A DNA stretch of 63,622 bases from Chiloscyllium plagiosum (lineage: Eukaryota): contig NC_057720.1 in NCBI RefSeq assembly GCF_004010195.1, positions 20,352,092-20,415,713 of the forward strand. Direction: 5' to 3'. A program made the position numbers and the translations under genes. The notes under the pieces were generated by a model, which did not search any database, was not told where the DNA came from, and worked only from the letters and a program-made list of their open reading frames with translations. Below are positions 12,531-24,134 of the stretch, one piece after another. Each line of letters starts with the position of its first letter. Within the stretch, counting starts at the first letter, position 1.

Positions 12531-15500
12531 ATTTTTTAATGGATATTTTTATTGAAAATTTAACATGTTTTTACAAGTTTACAAATAAAAACAAAAACCC
12601 CAAGTATAAACATTGAAAAACAATTAAATCTTAAATAAATTATAGCCAAAATCTATCAAACAAAAAAAGAGATACCGAGAAAAAAAAAGCAAAACTTAAC
12701 TAACTACTAATCTAACCTACAACTAACCAGAGTGTATGGTTAAATCTCTTACATTACTCAAGAAAAGAAAAAACGATGAATAACACAGAAATTGAGTAGA
12801 AAAGTACATGCTCGGAATGTGTTAACATCAGATTGTAACAAAACCCATATTCGTGCAGGATTCCTCTCCCAAGGGGCCCCGGACCAGCCAGGGTCGTTGT
12901 CTCAATTAGATAAAAGCCCTTGATAGAATGGCCAAAATATCTGTATCTGTGTTATTCAAAAAAGGCTGCCATATTTTATAGAATAATTCAGTTTTTTAGT
13001 GCACCATGTTTGTAAGGAAGTCATGGGGAATATATTCCATAATTAATCTCTGCCAATTTGAAAGTCCAGGGGGGCCCTCAGCCACCCAGTTTACCAAAAT
13101 ATTTTTCCTTGCACAGAAAGAGAGAATGGAAAATAATCTCTTCCCGTGTACATCCAGGAAGGGTAAGCTCGAAAAGCTGAAAAGGAGAGATACTGGATCC
13201 ACTCTAATTTCCATTCCCAAGATTTCTGTCAGGGCATTTGCTACTTTAGTCCAATATTGACGGATCTTATGACAAGTCCATAAGCAGTGTACAAGAGTGC
13301 CCACCTCTGTTTTACACCTGGGACACATTGGAGATGCTCCTGCCTTAAGTTTTGCCAATCGGTCCGGTGTTATATGGACCCTGTGAAGTGTCTTCAACTG
13401 AATGGGTTCTGTTGCAGATGGAGATTTTTCTGGCATTTTCCCAAATGTCATTCCACATTTCTATAGAGATTTCCAGCCCCAAATGCTGATCCCATGTTTT
13501 AAGCAGATTGTCCATACCTTCTGATACTTCATCATGTAATAAATGATAAAGAGTGCTGACCGAAGGTACCCCAGTTGGGCCACAACACTCTACGTTCTCT
13601 GTCTGATTTATAAAGACTATCTAATAGCGTAGTCTTCTTCTGTATGTAATCTCGAATTTGGAAATATCGAAAGAGATCGCCATTAGGTAACCCAAATTTC
13701 TGATGCAGCTGTTCAAAACACATCAGGACCCCTCCCTTAAACAGATTCCCGAAACAGGAGATACCCCTGGATCGCCAGAGTTTGAATGTGGCATCTGTAA
13801 GCCCCGGTTGAAACCCCCATTTAATCGACTGATTAACCATAATCGTCTGGGCAAGTCCGAGACCCCTCGGGAGAAGAAACCCTATCCAAAGCATCCCAAG
13901 CATAGAACATATAAAATTCACAAAAATAGAGGTTCTTTAATACCTCGCGCGTAAGCTTTAATGGTATCCCATATCATTGATGGGTTGCTAGCCGTACCTG
14001 AATTAATTTCTAAAAAAGTTTTAAATTCTTGAGAGAAGTACTTTACAAATTTACTATCTTTCATCAGAAAGGGGGTCCATATGCCAATGCCGGAGGGATG
14101 TCTCATTGTTCCTCGCCTTGATTTCCATATATACAGCAGCGTGATCAGAAATTGCTATATTGCCTATTTTACAGGATGATATGGAATTTTAAAAAATCGA
14201 GGGGGCAAAAATCATATCAATTCTGGTGTGACATTTATGTGGATTGGAGTAAAAAGATAAATCTCTACCCTGTGAATGAAGACATCTCCATACATCTACT
14301 AGTCCTAATTTTTTGTTCAAATCCACCAATTGTCTGGATCTGGGGGATACTCCTGCAGTACTCTTGGGAATCCTATCTATTTCCATAATACAATTAAAAT
14401 CTCCCCCTATAATTGTATGACGAGCACCGAGAGCCATCAATTTGGAGAAGGCTTCCGTTATAAACTTAAAAGGATGTGCCGGGGTACAATACAGATTTAA
14501 GATCCCATATTCCTCTCCATTTATAAGGGCTTTAATCAGAATATATCATCCAGATTCATCTTTTATCTGATTTAGGATTTTGAAAGGGAGATTCTTCCAA
14601 ATAAGGATAACAACTCCCTTACTTTTTGAGCTGAAGGAAGAAAAGAAGGCCTGATCAAACCCACCCTGTCGTAATTTCAAGTGTTCTTTATCCAATAAAT
14701 CTGTCTCCTGTAGGAGAGATATATCAACCCTTTCTTTCTTGTGCTTTGATAATATTTTCTTCCTTTTGACTGGTGAATTACTCCCCTTGACATTCTAGGT
14801 GCACCATTTAATCGACTGATTAACCATAATTGTCTGGGCAAGTCTGAGACCCCACGGGAGAAGAAACCCTATCCAAAACATCCCGAGCATAGAACATATA
14901 AAATTCACAAAAATAGAGGTTCTTTAATACACTCACATCAATATAATAAAAAACTATTTCTAAACAGAAAAAATATAAAACATATTTAAATGGAGATTTT
15001 ACCCCTTGTTCCCAGGGAGCATCACTTCTTTTCCAAAAGCCCATCATATCCTCTCCCAACTAGTGCCCTACCCTTGACCCAGGCACCCCATGATAGAATA
15101 AACAAAATTCAAATATACTACAAAGCTAAAGTTAACAGTGAGTACCTTACCCACCACTGCCCCCCACCCGCACCAACACCTAGATATATTTGGTAATGTT
15201 AGTACCATGTATGAACATATATAACTTTAAAATTACAATCTCAACAAATAATAATTAAATATAGTAATACAAAATAACAGGGGAAAACAGCCCCGCTCGA
15301 GATAATATTAAACAGTAAGGTAATGAAAGGAAAAAAAAGGGGCAAACCGGGGTGGGGGGAAGGCAGAACAACATCATTCACCACTTGAACTAACTCTTAC
15401 AATTTATCTAAGAGAGTCCAGAAATTCCTTGGCTTTCTCCAGCGATCCAAAATTGTACACGGACCCTTCATGGTTAAAACATAGCGTCGCTGGGTAACGC

Positions 15501-16430
15501 AGGGAGTACTGGATGTTTAAGTCCCTTAAACGCTTCTTCGTTTCATCAAACGCCTTCCTCTTTCGGACCAAAGCTGGGGAAATAGCATGGAATAGCATAA
15601 TCTTGGATCCTTTATAAATCATGGCTTGGGGATCTTTCCCAAGATTTCTGGAAGCTTCTAAGAGCATCTGCCTCTCCTTGTAGCTCTGCAGCCAGAACAG
15701 GACCGGGCGGGGGCGCTGGTTCGAGCCGGGCCCGCGTATTGCAACCTGGTAGGCCCATTCCACCCTAACCTGGCCTGATCCAGCCTCCAGATTTAAAAGC
15801 TGTGGAAGCCACTGCTCGAGGAATGCTGTAAGATGGCCTTCCTCTTCCCCTTCGGGAAGGCCCAGCAAACGAATATTTTTTCGAAGACCTCAAGAATCAA
15901 GGTCGTCGATGTGATTTTCTAAGTTCCGGACTCATTGTTCGAGAGTCCGGACCCGATCCACGGCCGATTCTGCTGTAGTCTCAGAGGTCGCGGCCTTTAG
16001 CTCCACCCCTCCGATTCGGCACTCGATTTCCTCGATGTCTCGGTCGTGCTTGTGTAGCGACCGAGAGTAAATTCCATCTGCTCTGGGACTCTTTGATGAA
16101 GGCGTCGATCTTCGTGTCAAGTTTGGAAATTACTTCCACGAGGCTCGCCACCGTAGATAAGTCCCCCGGGGCAGCTGCGGGCGCCTCTGCTGCAGCTAGG
16201 GAGGGTGGGGAGGGGTTCCTGCCTGCTGAGAACTGCGGGCTCCTTTCCTCTTAGTCATTTTTGCAGGAGACTAGACTGTTTAAATTTAGTATAGAGCAAC
16301 TAATTATATTAATAAAAACTATTTTAAATGATTTGGTGAGTGTGATGGAGGCAGGTGGCCCACTTTGCCCAAGTCTTGGGAGGAGCACTATAGACTCAGA
16401 CTTGCTGGGTCGCTGCCATCTTGGATCTCC
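12531..16430 (-). mobile_element. L1/Tx1-clade LINE with both ends but RT core deleted
   Basis: 5' GGAGATCCAAGATGGCAGCG; ORF1 16258-15404; APE endonuclease (W-C-T-x-N-V-K-G, LLQET, GGDFN, SDH) from 14827; C-terminal CPRC..HCLWTC; A-rich 3' UTR. Confidence 0.92.
15404..16258 (-). pseudogene. L1 ORF1 (transposase_22-like RNA-binding protein), frameshifted
   Basis: LGLPEGEE..RPRPVL..YKGSKIMLF..SLRYPATLCF..FGSLEKAKEFL. Confidence 0.85.
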
Positions 16431-16907
16431 TCCCTCTGTCTTCTATCTTTGAGCCAGTTCTGTATCAAAATGGTGGGCTCTCCCTGTATTCTGTGAGATC
16501 TAACTTTGCTAATCAGTCTCCCATGGGGAACCTTATCGAACGCCTTACTGAAGTCCATAGAGATCACATCTACTGCTCTGCCCTCATCAATCCCCTTTGT
16601 TACTTCCTCAAAAAGCTCAATCAAGTTTGTGAGACATGATTTCCCACGCACAAAGCTATGTTGACTATCCCTAATCAGTCCTTGCCTTTCCAAATACATA
16701 TACATCCTGTCCCTCAGGATTCCCTCCAACAATTTGCTCACCACCGAAGTCAGGCTCACTGGTCTATAGTCCTGACTTGTCCTTACCACCCTTCTTAAAT
16801 AGTAGCACCATGTTAGCCAACCTCCAGTCTTCTGGCACCTCACCTGTGACTATCGATGATACAAATGTCTCAGCAAGAGGCCCAGCAATCACTTCTCTAG
16901 CTTCCCA
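16431..16907 (-). mobile_element. CR1 LINE, 5' continuation of 11481-12530
   Basis: YRPVSLTSVVSKLLE..GKSCLTNL..DFSKAFDKVPH; joins 12530 once the L1 is removed. Confidence 0.92.
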
Positions 16908-16932
16908 ATTTATTGGGCAAATTTATACGACA
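16908..16932 (+). mobile_element. Solo LTR, right end
   Basis: Ends ACGACA, immediately followed by TGAGC matching 10854-10858. Confidence 0.6.
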
Positions 16933-17249
16933 TGAGCAAATTTTTAAAAATCCACTCTGTCTAAAATTCCTTCATGAGGCATGCAGGAGGACATTGAATT
17001 ATTATTTTGGATAGAAACAGTGTGCAGTGATATGGGAAAAGGCAGGATATTGGCTCTTGGGATAGAACCGAGGGAGCCAAATGGCTTCCATCTGCACCCA
17101 AACAATTCCTGTTATAAGCAGTAAAACATTTGAGGTCAAATACTATACCTAGGTTGTGATTTGGAGATGCCGGTGTCGGACTGGGGTGTACAAAGTTAAA
17201 AATCACACAACACCAGGTTATAGTCCAACAGGTTTAATTGGAAGCACAC

Positions 17250-17278
17250 TAGCTTTCGGAGCGTCGCTCCTTCATCAG
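17250..17278 (-). ncRNA. Minimal type I hammerhead ribozyme motif (intact core)
   Basis: CUGAUGA-A-GGAGC-GAC-GCUCC-GAAAGCUA. Confidence 0.75.
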
Positions 17279-17295
17279 GAGCCCTCCACTATCAT

Positions 17296-17324
17296 CTGAT
17301 GAAGGAGCGACGCTCCGAAAGCTA
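17296..17324 (+). ncRNA. Minimal type I hammerhead ribozyme motif (intact core)
   Basis: CUGAUGA-A-GGAGC-GAC-GCUCC-GAAAGCUA. Confidence 0.75.
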
Positions 17325-18336
17325 GTGTGCTTCCAATTAAACCTGTTGGACTATAACCTGGTTTTGTGTGATTTTTAATTTTATACCTGGGTTCAAAGTG
17401 TTTGATTCAAGCTCATACAGTAACCAGGAGAGGAATAAAAAAATTGATGACTGGGTATTAATAGAACTTTTGAAATGATGTAGTTACAGGGCTGATGCAC
17501 AAGTTTCAGAAACTGATTCGGCTTAACAAACTAATCCCTCTGAAAATGTCTTCAATACTTGCAGGTTAAGGACAACAGTTGACAACTTGCTTTTATCTAA
17601 GGTAGTAAAACAACTTCAGGTATTGTAGATAATTGTTGTCGAACAAATCGTGACACAGAGTCTAATCGGGAGGTACTAGGGCAGATAACCAAAAGCTTGA
17701 TCAAAGAGGTTCATTTTAAAGAAAGCAAAAGAGATCGAGAAGTTTGGGAATTTCAGAGTTTAAGGTCACAAATACTTTTAAAATCAGAACTAGTGTGTGC
17801 TCACATTTTGAAGCAAATGGAATTTAAAGATTAATTCCTTTCATAATTTATAATTTAACAAATTATTATGGCTGTTCAAACATTTACACTTTCAGTTCGT
17901 AAAGAATGGGTTTTATTGGAACTCTTGAATTCAATAAGCATTTGCTGATGAAGCAAAATTAAACTTCTTGATGAATGGTTTTAATATAGTTCCTTGAAGC
18001 TGTGATTACAGCTAATGATTATTGCTTCACAGTGGTTTCATCAAATTGTGTTTTAAATGGCTGCATTGGATTGCAATGATGCCCCTGGGGGATGCTCTGG
18101 AATTGGAGAGGTAGAAGATCCGCATGGAAGGGAAGGCTAACTGAATGTAGTTACATTGGCTCCCCATGGCAGACCCCACTTGGTGTTCTGTCTTGATGAA
18201 GTTAGTAAATCCGAATGGTGAGTGCAAAGTATAAAGGCAACCCAGTTATGCACTTTTAGCTGAGCCAGGGCCTCACAGTGCCATGTCCATTTTGCCATTC
18301 TGTTGAGGATACCTGTGTAGGTTCTGAGCTGGGTAC

Positions 18337-18760
18337 CTGCTGTGGCTCAGCTGGTTGCGTTTTCATCTCCAACTTAAAAAGCTCTGGTCAAGTCCCATCC
18401 AGGGTTTGAGTAAAACATCAAACTTGATACTCAACAGTATTACTGGAGGAGCGGTGTGCTGTCAGAGGTACTGTCTTTTGGATGAAAGATTAAACTGAGT
18501 TTCCATCCTCCTGGCCAGCTGGATGTAACATGCCCTGTGGCTCCGTTTTGAAGACAGGCAGGGAATTTCTGCCTGGTTTCTTTGTCAATATTTATCCTTC
18601 AATCAACATTACACAAGGCAATAAATAGAGTATCATGTTGCTGATTAACTGCCAAGATTCCCATGTTACAACAGTGACAACAGTTTAACAAGTGTTTTAT
18701 TGACTGTAAAGTGCTTTGGCTCATCCAGTGACCATGAAAAGTGTCATATAACTACAAGCC
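18337..18760 (+). mobile_element. Deu-domain SINE (SacSINE1/AmnSINE1 superfamily)
   Basis: tRNA-like head tgtggctcagctgg; Deu-like core ctgtcttttggatgaaagattaaactgag..tggatgtaa..aatatttatccttcaatcaac; L2-type tail tgtaaagtgctttgg..atataa. Confidence 0.7.
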
Positions 18761-19099
18761 CACCTTTTTGGGACAGATGCTCTCCTTTGCTATCTTTGGT
18801 CGTCTGTCTAAAGTTCAAAACTTCTTCCTTTGAAGTTTTTATTATTCCATCCGTTCTATATTAACAAGATTTTGCATGTTGTATACGCAGGGTATGGACA
18901 TTTATTGAAGGTGATAACAAGTGTAATTTGGGTGGTAGTGTTATAGTATCCTGCCTCCAAGGTTACTGCCTTCCAGCAACTGTCCTGCCAAATTTTAATT
19001 TCCACTTGAGTACTATGGTGAATTAGAAAAAAAGCTGATATGGACCGAGACAGTGGGGGAACTGAGTAAACATAGGTAATCACTTTATCGAACTACTAA

Positions 19100-19615
19100 G
19101 TTCTGTCCGCAAAAATGATCCTGGACTTCCAGTTGCCTGTCACTCCAACACACCACCCTGATCCCTGGCCAACATCTCTGTCTCAGGCTTGCTGCAGTGC
19201 TCCAGTGCGCAAGCTGGAAGAACAGCACCTCATTTTCTGCTTGGGGACTCTGCAGCCTTTGGGACTCAATACCGAGTTCAATACTTTTAGGGTCTGAGCA
19301 CCTGCTTACCCCAACCCCCACACACCAGGCCTTGTCATCACATGGGTTGCTACCATAATCATCTCATTGTCAGCCACTAATGGTAACAGCTGACCGTTAC
19401 CCATTTCTTTGTCTGTACCACTGTTGTTCGCTTCCTGTGGGCTTCATCTCCACCCATCTTTACTCGTCACCCACCCCACCTTCAGCATATATGCCAATCT
19501 TTTCCTAGCTACAATTAATTCTGAAGAAGGGTCACTAGTCCTCAAATGTTAACTGTCTTCTCTCCACAGATGCTGCTAGACCTTTTGTGTTTTCCCAGTA
19601 ATTTCTGTGTTTGTA
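19100..19615 (+). mobile_element. Penelope-like element 3' part with degenerate hammerhead (19521-19550)
   Basis: RKLEEQHLIFCLGTLQPLGLNTEFNTFR; CTGAAGAAGGGTCACTAGTCCTCAAATGTT. Confidence 0.8.
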
Positions 19616-19619
19616 ACCG

Positions 19620-19847
19620 TGGGAATTTGTAGTCGATATTGTGGCCAGCCTATCATCAGAAATGTACATAGAGATGTTATGGAAGGGAAAGGAAGACTCA
19701 GAGCTGGACCAGGTGAAGGTGAGAGCGAGATGCTAATTGGAAGTTAAATTGATACATTTTTCCAATTCTGGATGAGAGAAGAAAGTAGCATTGATGATGT
19801 CATCGATGTACTGGAGAAAGGGGGCTGGAGTAAGACTGGAACAAGGA
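19620..19847 (-). mobile_element. Penelope-like RT fragment
   Basis: Minus strand reads FLQYIDDIINA..PELEKCINLTSN*HLALTFTWS (PLE-type YIDD). Confidence 0.75.
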
Positions 19848-20335
19848 AATGTTGTGAAACTTAAAAGGGTTTAGAAAAGGATGTTGCCAGGTTGGAGAAT
19901 ATGAGCTACATGGAGAGGCTGAATAGGCTGGGGCTATTCTCCCTGAGGCTGAGGGGTGACCTTATAGAGGTTTATAAAATCATGAGGAGCATTGATAGGA
20001 TAAATAAACAAGGTCTTTTCCCTAGGGTAGGGGAGTCCAGAGCTAGAGTGCATAGGTTTAAAGTGAAAGGGGAAAGATTTAAAAGGGACCTAAGGGGCAA
20101 CCTTTTCACACAAAGGGTAGTGCATGTATGAAATGAGCTGCCAGAGGAGGCTGGCACAATTGCAACATTTAAAAAGCATCTTGATGGGTATATGAATAGG
20201 AAGGGTTTGGAGGGGTATGGGCCAAGTGGTGGAAAATGGGACTAGATTAGGTTGGAATATCTGGTCGGCACGGACAAGTTAGACCGAAGAGTCTGTTCCA
20301 TGCTGTTCATCTCTATAATTCTATAACTCTATAAT
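19848..20335 (+). mobile_element. CR1 LINE 3' fragment
   Basis: LRGDLIEVYKIM..FTQRVV; ctctata tail. Confidence 0.9.
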
Positions 20336-21084
20336 AGTCTGAAAGAATTAATGTCGAAGACTGCATTAAGCTTCACCTCATAAAATGACATCATTCACTC
20401 TTAGGTGGAGAAATGGAGAGAATAGCTGTGGATGTTAAACTGCTCAGACGTGTCCCTGAATAGTCTCAGTAACAATGGCGAAGTAGCTAATGTAGTTTGC
20501 ATCTAGGTACTGTCATACAATAAATTACCTCTTCTTAAGGCAAGAGCTTCTTTTTGTTGAGATTCACTCCTTGTTGTTTTTCTACCTCTGTAGATTAAAT
20601 ATGCCATAAAAGGAATGGCATCAACACCCTTCTATCCACAAATACCACACAATTAAATACTTTACATAGGAACTGGAATAAGTCATTCAGCCCATTGAGG
20701 CTGTTTTGCCATGCTGTCATGTGAGACTATGGACAAAATAGATTCTCTGCTGTTTCTGTTAGGTAAATAAACCCCATCAAATTACAAATAATGTTTCAAT
20801 CTCAAATATATACTTCTTCTTCTGTGATCCCTTTTCTGGTCTCTGGAACCACGTAAACTAACATATTTCTGTCAAGGGGTTTTAATTAGTAACAGAGATT
20901 TACGATCTTTAGTATTAAGACTTGATCAAGTAAGAACTTGCATTACTGGAGGGGAATCAGCACTTTTAGAAGCGAGTATATTGAAAGAGAAATTAGATGG
21001 GTGTGACTTTGTAAGATAAAGAAAACATTGAACATTATATCATTGATACAATGAGTGCCATATTCAACTTAGTTCTTGCACAAA

Positions 21085-21720
21085 AGCAGACTGTAACTGA
21101 AAACAGACAGCAATTCACTGGCAAACCATTTCAAAATATGCACTAAATGGAGAATGGCCTATAATCACATCATTTCCCCACTATCCACACTCAAATAGTC
21201 TTGCAGAGCGTATGGGACATGCTATGGGACATTCTCATTGTGTTGAGCAAAAATGCATTTTCTTTGCATTACACTGCTGCATAGCATCAATGGGGAAGAG
21301 ACTATCATCCCTCGCACAACACATACTTGGAAGACAGGTACAAACAACCTTTCTCAACAATCAATTGTCTAATGCTCTGAGACAGAAGATTTCTGAATGA
21401 CAGAGGGGTGTGAAAGAGATACAAGACAAGCAGGCAGGTGGAGAACTTCTAAAGCTGTATACTGGATTGAGATTGAGAGTTAGGAATACATGTACTTGCA
21501 TACTAAATTTTCTAAAATCTGCAACCAGCCCAGATAATATGAAGTAATGACTGATCATAGCACTTCATTGCGAAGGGACAGAGAGAAGCTCAGACCAATA
21601 TATAGTACAGCATTCCAGAGGTTGTGAGAAAAAACAGTGATGATTATGATTGTACGGTGATGTTAAGAGACAGCAACCAGCAGCAAAATAACCAAATTGT
21701 CAAGCAAGCGCACCAGAGAA
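21085..21720 (+). mobile_element. Degenerate Ty3/Gypsy integrase and C-terminal region
   Basis: TVTENRQQFTGKPFQ, ITSFPHYPHSNSLAERM, GGELLKLYTGLRLRVRN and QPR*YEVMTDHSTSLRRDREKLRP, matching the order SDNGPQF / TSSPHYPQSNGLAER / PRSYxV..LRRNRRHL. Confidence 0.7.
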
Positions 21721-23797
21721 CAGTGTGTATCTCTCCCCATTTCCTGCCAGCTAATGATTGAATCATTTTGTCAGCTGAAAGGGGATACAACTATTCAGTC
21801 TGCCTTCCTTTCCCAGATGTTGGCGGATGTGTTATGGTAACTGTGACTGTCAAGACTCAATGACAAAATAAAAGGCAGAACCCCATAGGTTTGTACAGCT
21901 TCCTGTCCACCAAGGGAACCAGCAAATAAAAAGAAAGGATACTAGTGAAGTTTTCTGGAGGAAACCTAGTTCTACACATATCTCCAAATTGAATGATGTG
22001 CAACTGAGTAAGTGCTAAAGTGCGTTTCACAGTTTCAGAAGAAGAGGCTTTGCCAGCAAACATACAGGTCACTGCAGCTGTTCCAGATGCCTTCTGAAAA
22101 CAGTAGTTGCATTTCCAGTTAATTTAATCCGTAAAGAACTGGCCCGCTGCAATAAGAGAAGCTCTGTTTTCTGAATAATTTTAAGCTCCAGTTTGAATTT
22201 GCTGTCAGTTAGTATAAGCTGCCATTCACTTTTAAATTTGCAGGGACACTGCAACGTAATACAGTTGAACAATAATTAGAACCATGTGTCGAAATGAGGA
22301 AACGATTGAGTGAAAGTTACCAGTAATAACAAAGCGAGCTGACTCCAGCATTATCTCTATTAAAAAGCACGAGGCACATTATAATATTACCAAAATTGAA
22401 TAACATGTCGGTCACTGGTTGCTGATCAATTTAAAAGTTCCTTTAAACACACAGTTAACTGCAGCTGATTCTCAAATGAGAAAGTAACAAAACAGCTTGC
22501 TGTAAAAAATCTAAACTATCTTTAAGATTCTTTTCCCTTCATTAATTTCTTATTATTCTGAAAATAATATATCTGTTAAACTAGTGTGTGTTAATGACAT
22601 AGTTGGGGAAACATTTTGAACGTTTTTGCTTGAAGTTCTTTTCTGTGCGTCACTAATGAAACTTTTAAGCAATTTTAAAATTGTGAAATATATTTATTTG
22701 AGTGTGTTAATATTTTCGTGAATGGTGTTGAGCATTGTGCAATCATCAGCAACCATCCCCACTTCTAAACTTTTGATGGAGGAAGGTCATCGATGGTGTA
22801 GCTGAAGGTGGTTGAGCTCAGAACACTATCTAAGGAACCTCTGCAGAGATGTCCTGGATGACTGACCTCTGACAATCACAACCATCTTCTGATGTGCCAG
22901 GTATGACTCCAATCAGAGTTTACTCCTCAATACCCATTGATTCCAGTTTTGTTTCGGCTCATGATGCCACAGTTGGTTGAATGGTGCCTTGATGTCAGGG
23001 GCTATCACTCTCATCTCACCTCTGGAATTCAGCTCTTTTGTCCATGTTTGAAGCAAGGCTGTAATGCGGTCAGGAGCTGAGTGGCCCTGGCGGAACCCAC
23101 ACTGGTCATTATTGAGCAGATTATTGCTGAGGAATCTCTTGATAGCACTGTTGATGACACTTTCCATGACTTTGCTAATGATTGAGAATAAATTGATGGA
23201 GCAGTAATTGGCTGGGTTGGATTGGTCCTGCGTTTTGTGTAAAGGACATACCTAGGCAATTTTCCACATTGTCAGGTAGATTCCAAAGTTGCAAAAATAC
23301 TTGAAGAGCTTGGCTAGGGGAGTGGCAGGTTACAGAGCACAAATCTTCAGTATTATTGCTGAACTATTGTCAGGGCTAGTACCTCCAAACATTTTTGGTA
23401 TCACGTGGAGTGAATTGAATTTACTGTAGTCTGGGTATCTGTGAAGCTGAGGACCACTGGAGGAGGTCAAGATGGATCATCCATTTGGCATTTCTGGCTG
23501 AAGCTTGCTGCGAATGCTTCAGCCTTACTTTTTGCACTGATATTTTGGACTCTTCCATCATTGAGGATGGGGGTTTTTGTGGAACCTCCTCCTCCACTGA
23601 GTTGTTTAATTATCCACCACCATTCATGGATGAATGTGGCATGACTGCAGAGCTTAGATTTGATTCATTAGTTGTGGAATCACTTAGCTTTGTCTATCAC
23701 TTGCTGCTTATGCTGTTAGGCATGCAGGTTGTCCTGTTTGGTAGCTTCAGCAGGTTGACACCTCATTTTTAGGTATACCTGGTGCTGTTCCTGTCAT

Positions 23798-24134
23798 TTC
23801 CCCTCCCCCCACCTTATCTCAGTCCCAACCCCCGGATTCAGCACCGCCCTCTTGATCTGCAATCTTCTTCCCGATCTCTCCGCCCCCACCCCCTCTCCGG
23901 CCTATCACCCTCACCTCCTTCCACCTATCGTATTCCCAGCGCCCCTCCCCCAAATTCCACCCCCCCTACCTTTTATCTAAGCCCGCTTGGCACACCAGCC
24001 TCATTCCTGAAGAAGGGCTTATGCCCGAAACGTCGATTCTCCTGCTCCTCGGATGCTGCCTCGCCTGCTGCACTTTTCCAGCACCACACTTTTCAACTGT
24101 GGTCTCCAGCATCTGCAGACCTCATTTTCTCCTA
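23798..24134 (+). mobile_element. PLE terminal insertion
   Basis: Perfect 14-bp TSD GCTGTTCCTGTCAT at 23784-23797 and 24135-24148; contains hammerhead. Confidence 0.9.
24007..24034 (+). ncRNA. Minimal type I hammerhead ribozyme motif (intact core)
   Basis: CUGAAGA-A-GGGC-UUAU-GCCC-GAAACGUC. Confidence 0.75.

Larger units (their letters stand above)
17156..17381. mobile_element. Fold-back PLE terminal insertion carrying two divergent hammerheads
   Basis: ~87-bp arms (17192-17278 / 17296-17382) with 2 mismatches; TSD TATACCT(A/G)GGTT at 17144-17155 and 17382-17393. Confidence 0.9.

Noticed and set aside
17156..17381. Hairpin as a miRNA gene or DNA-transposon MITE
   Set aside because: Arms match PLE terminal sequence (compare 26827-26905 next to a GIY-YIG ORF), are asymmetric, and TSD lengths vary among copies.
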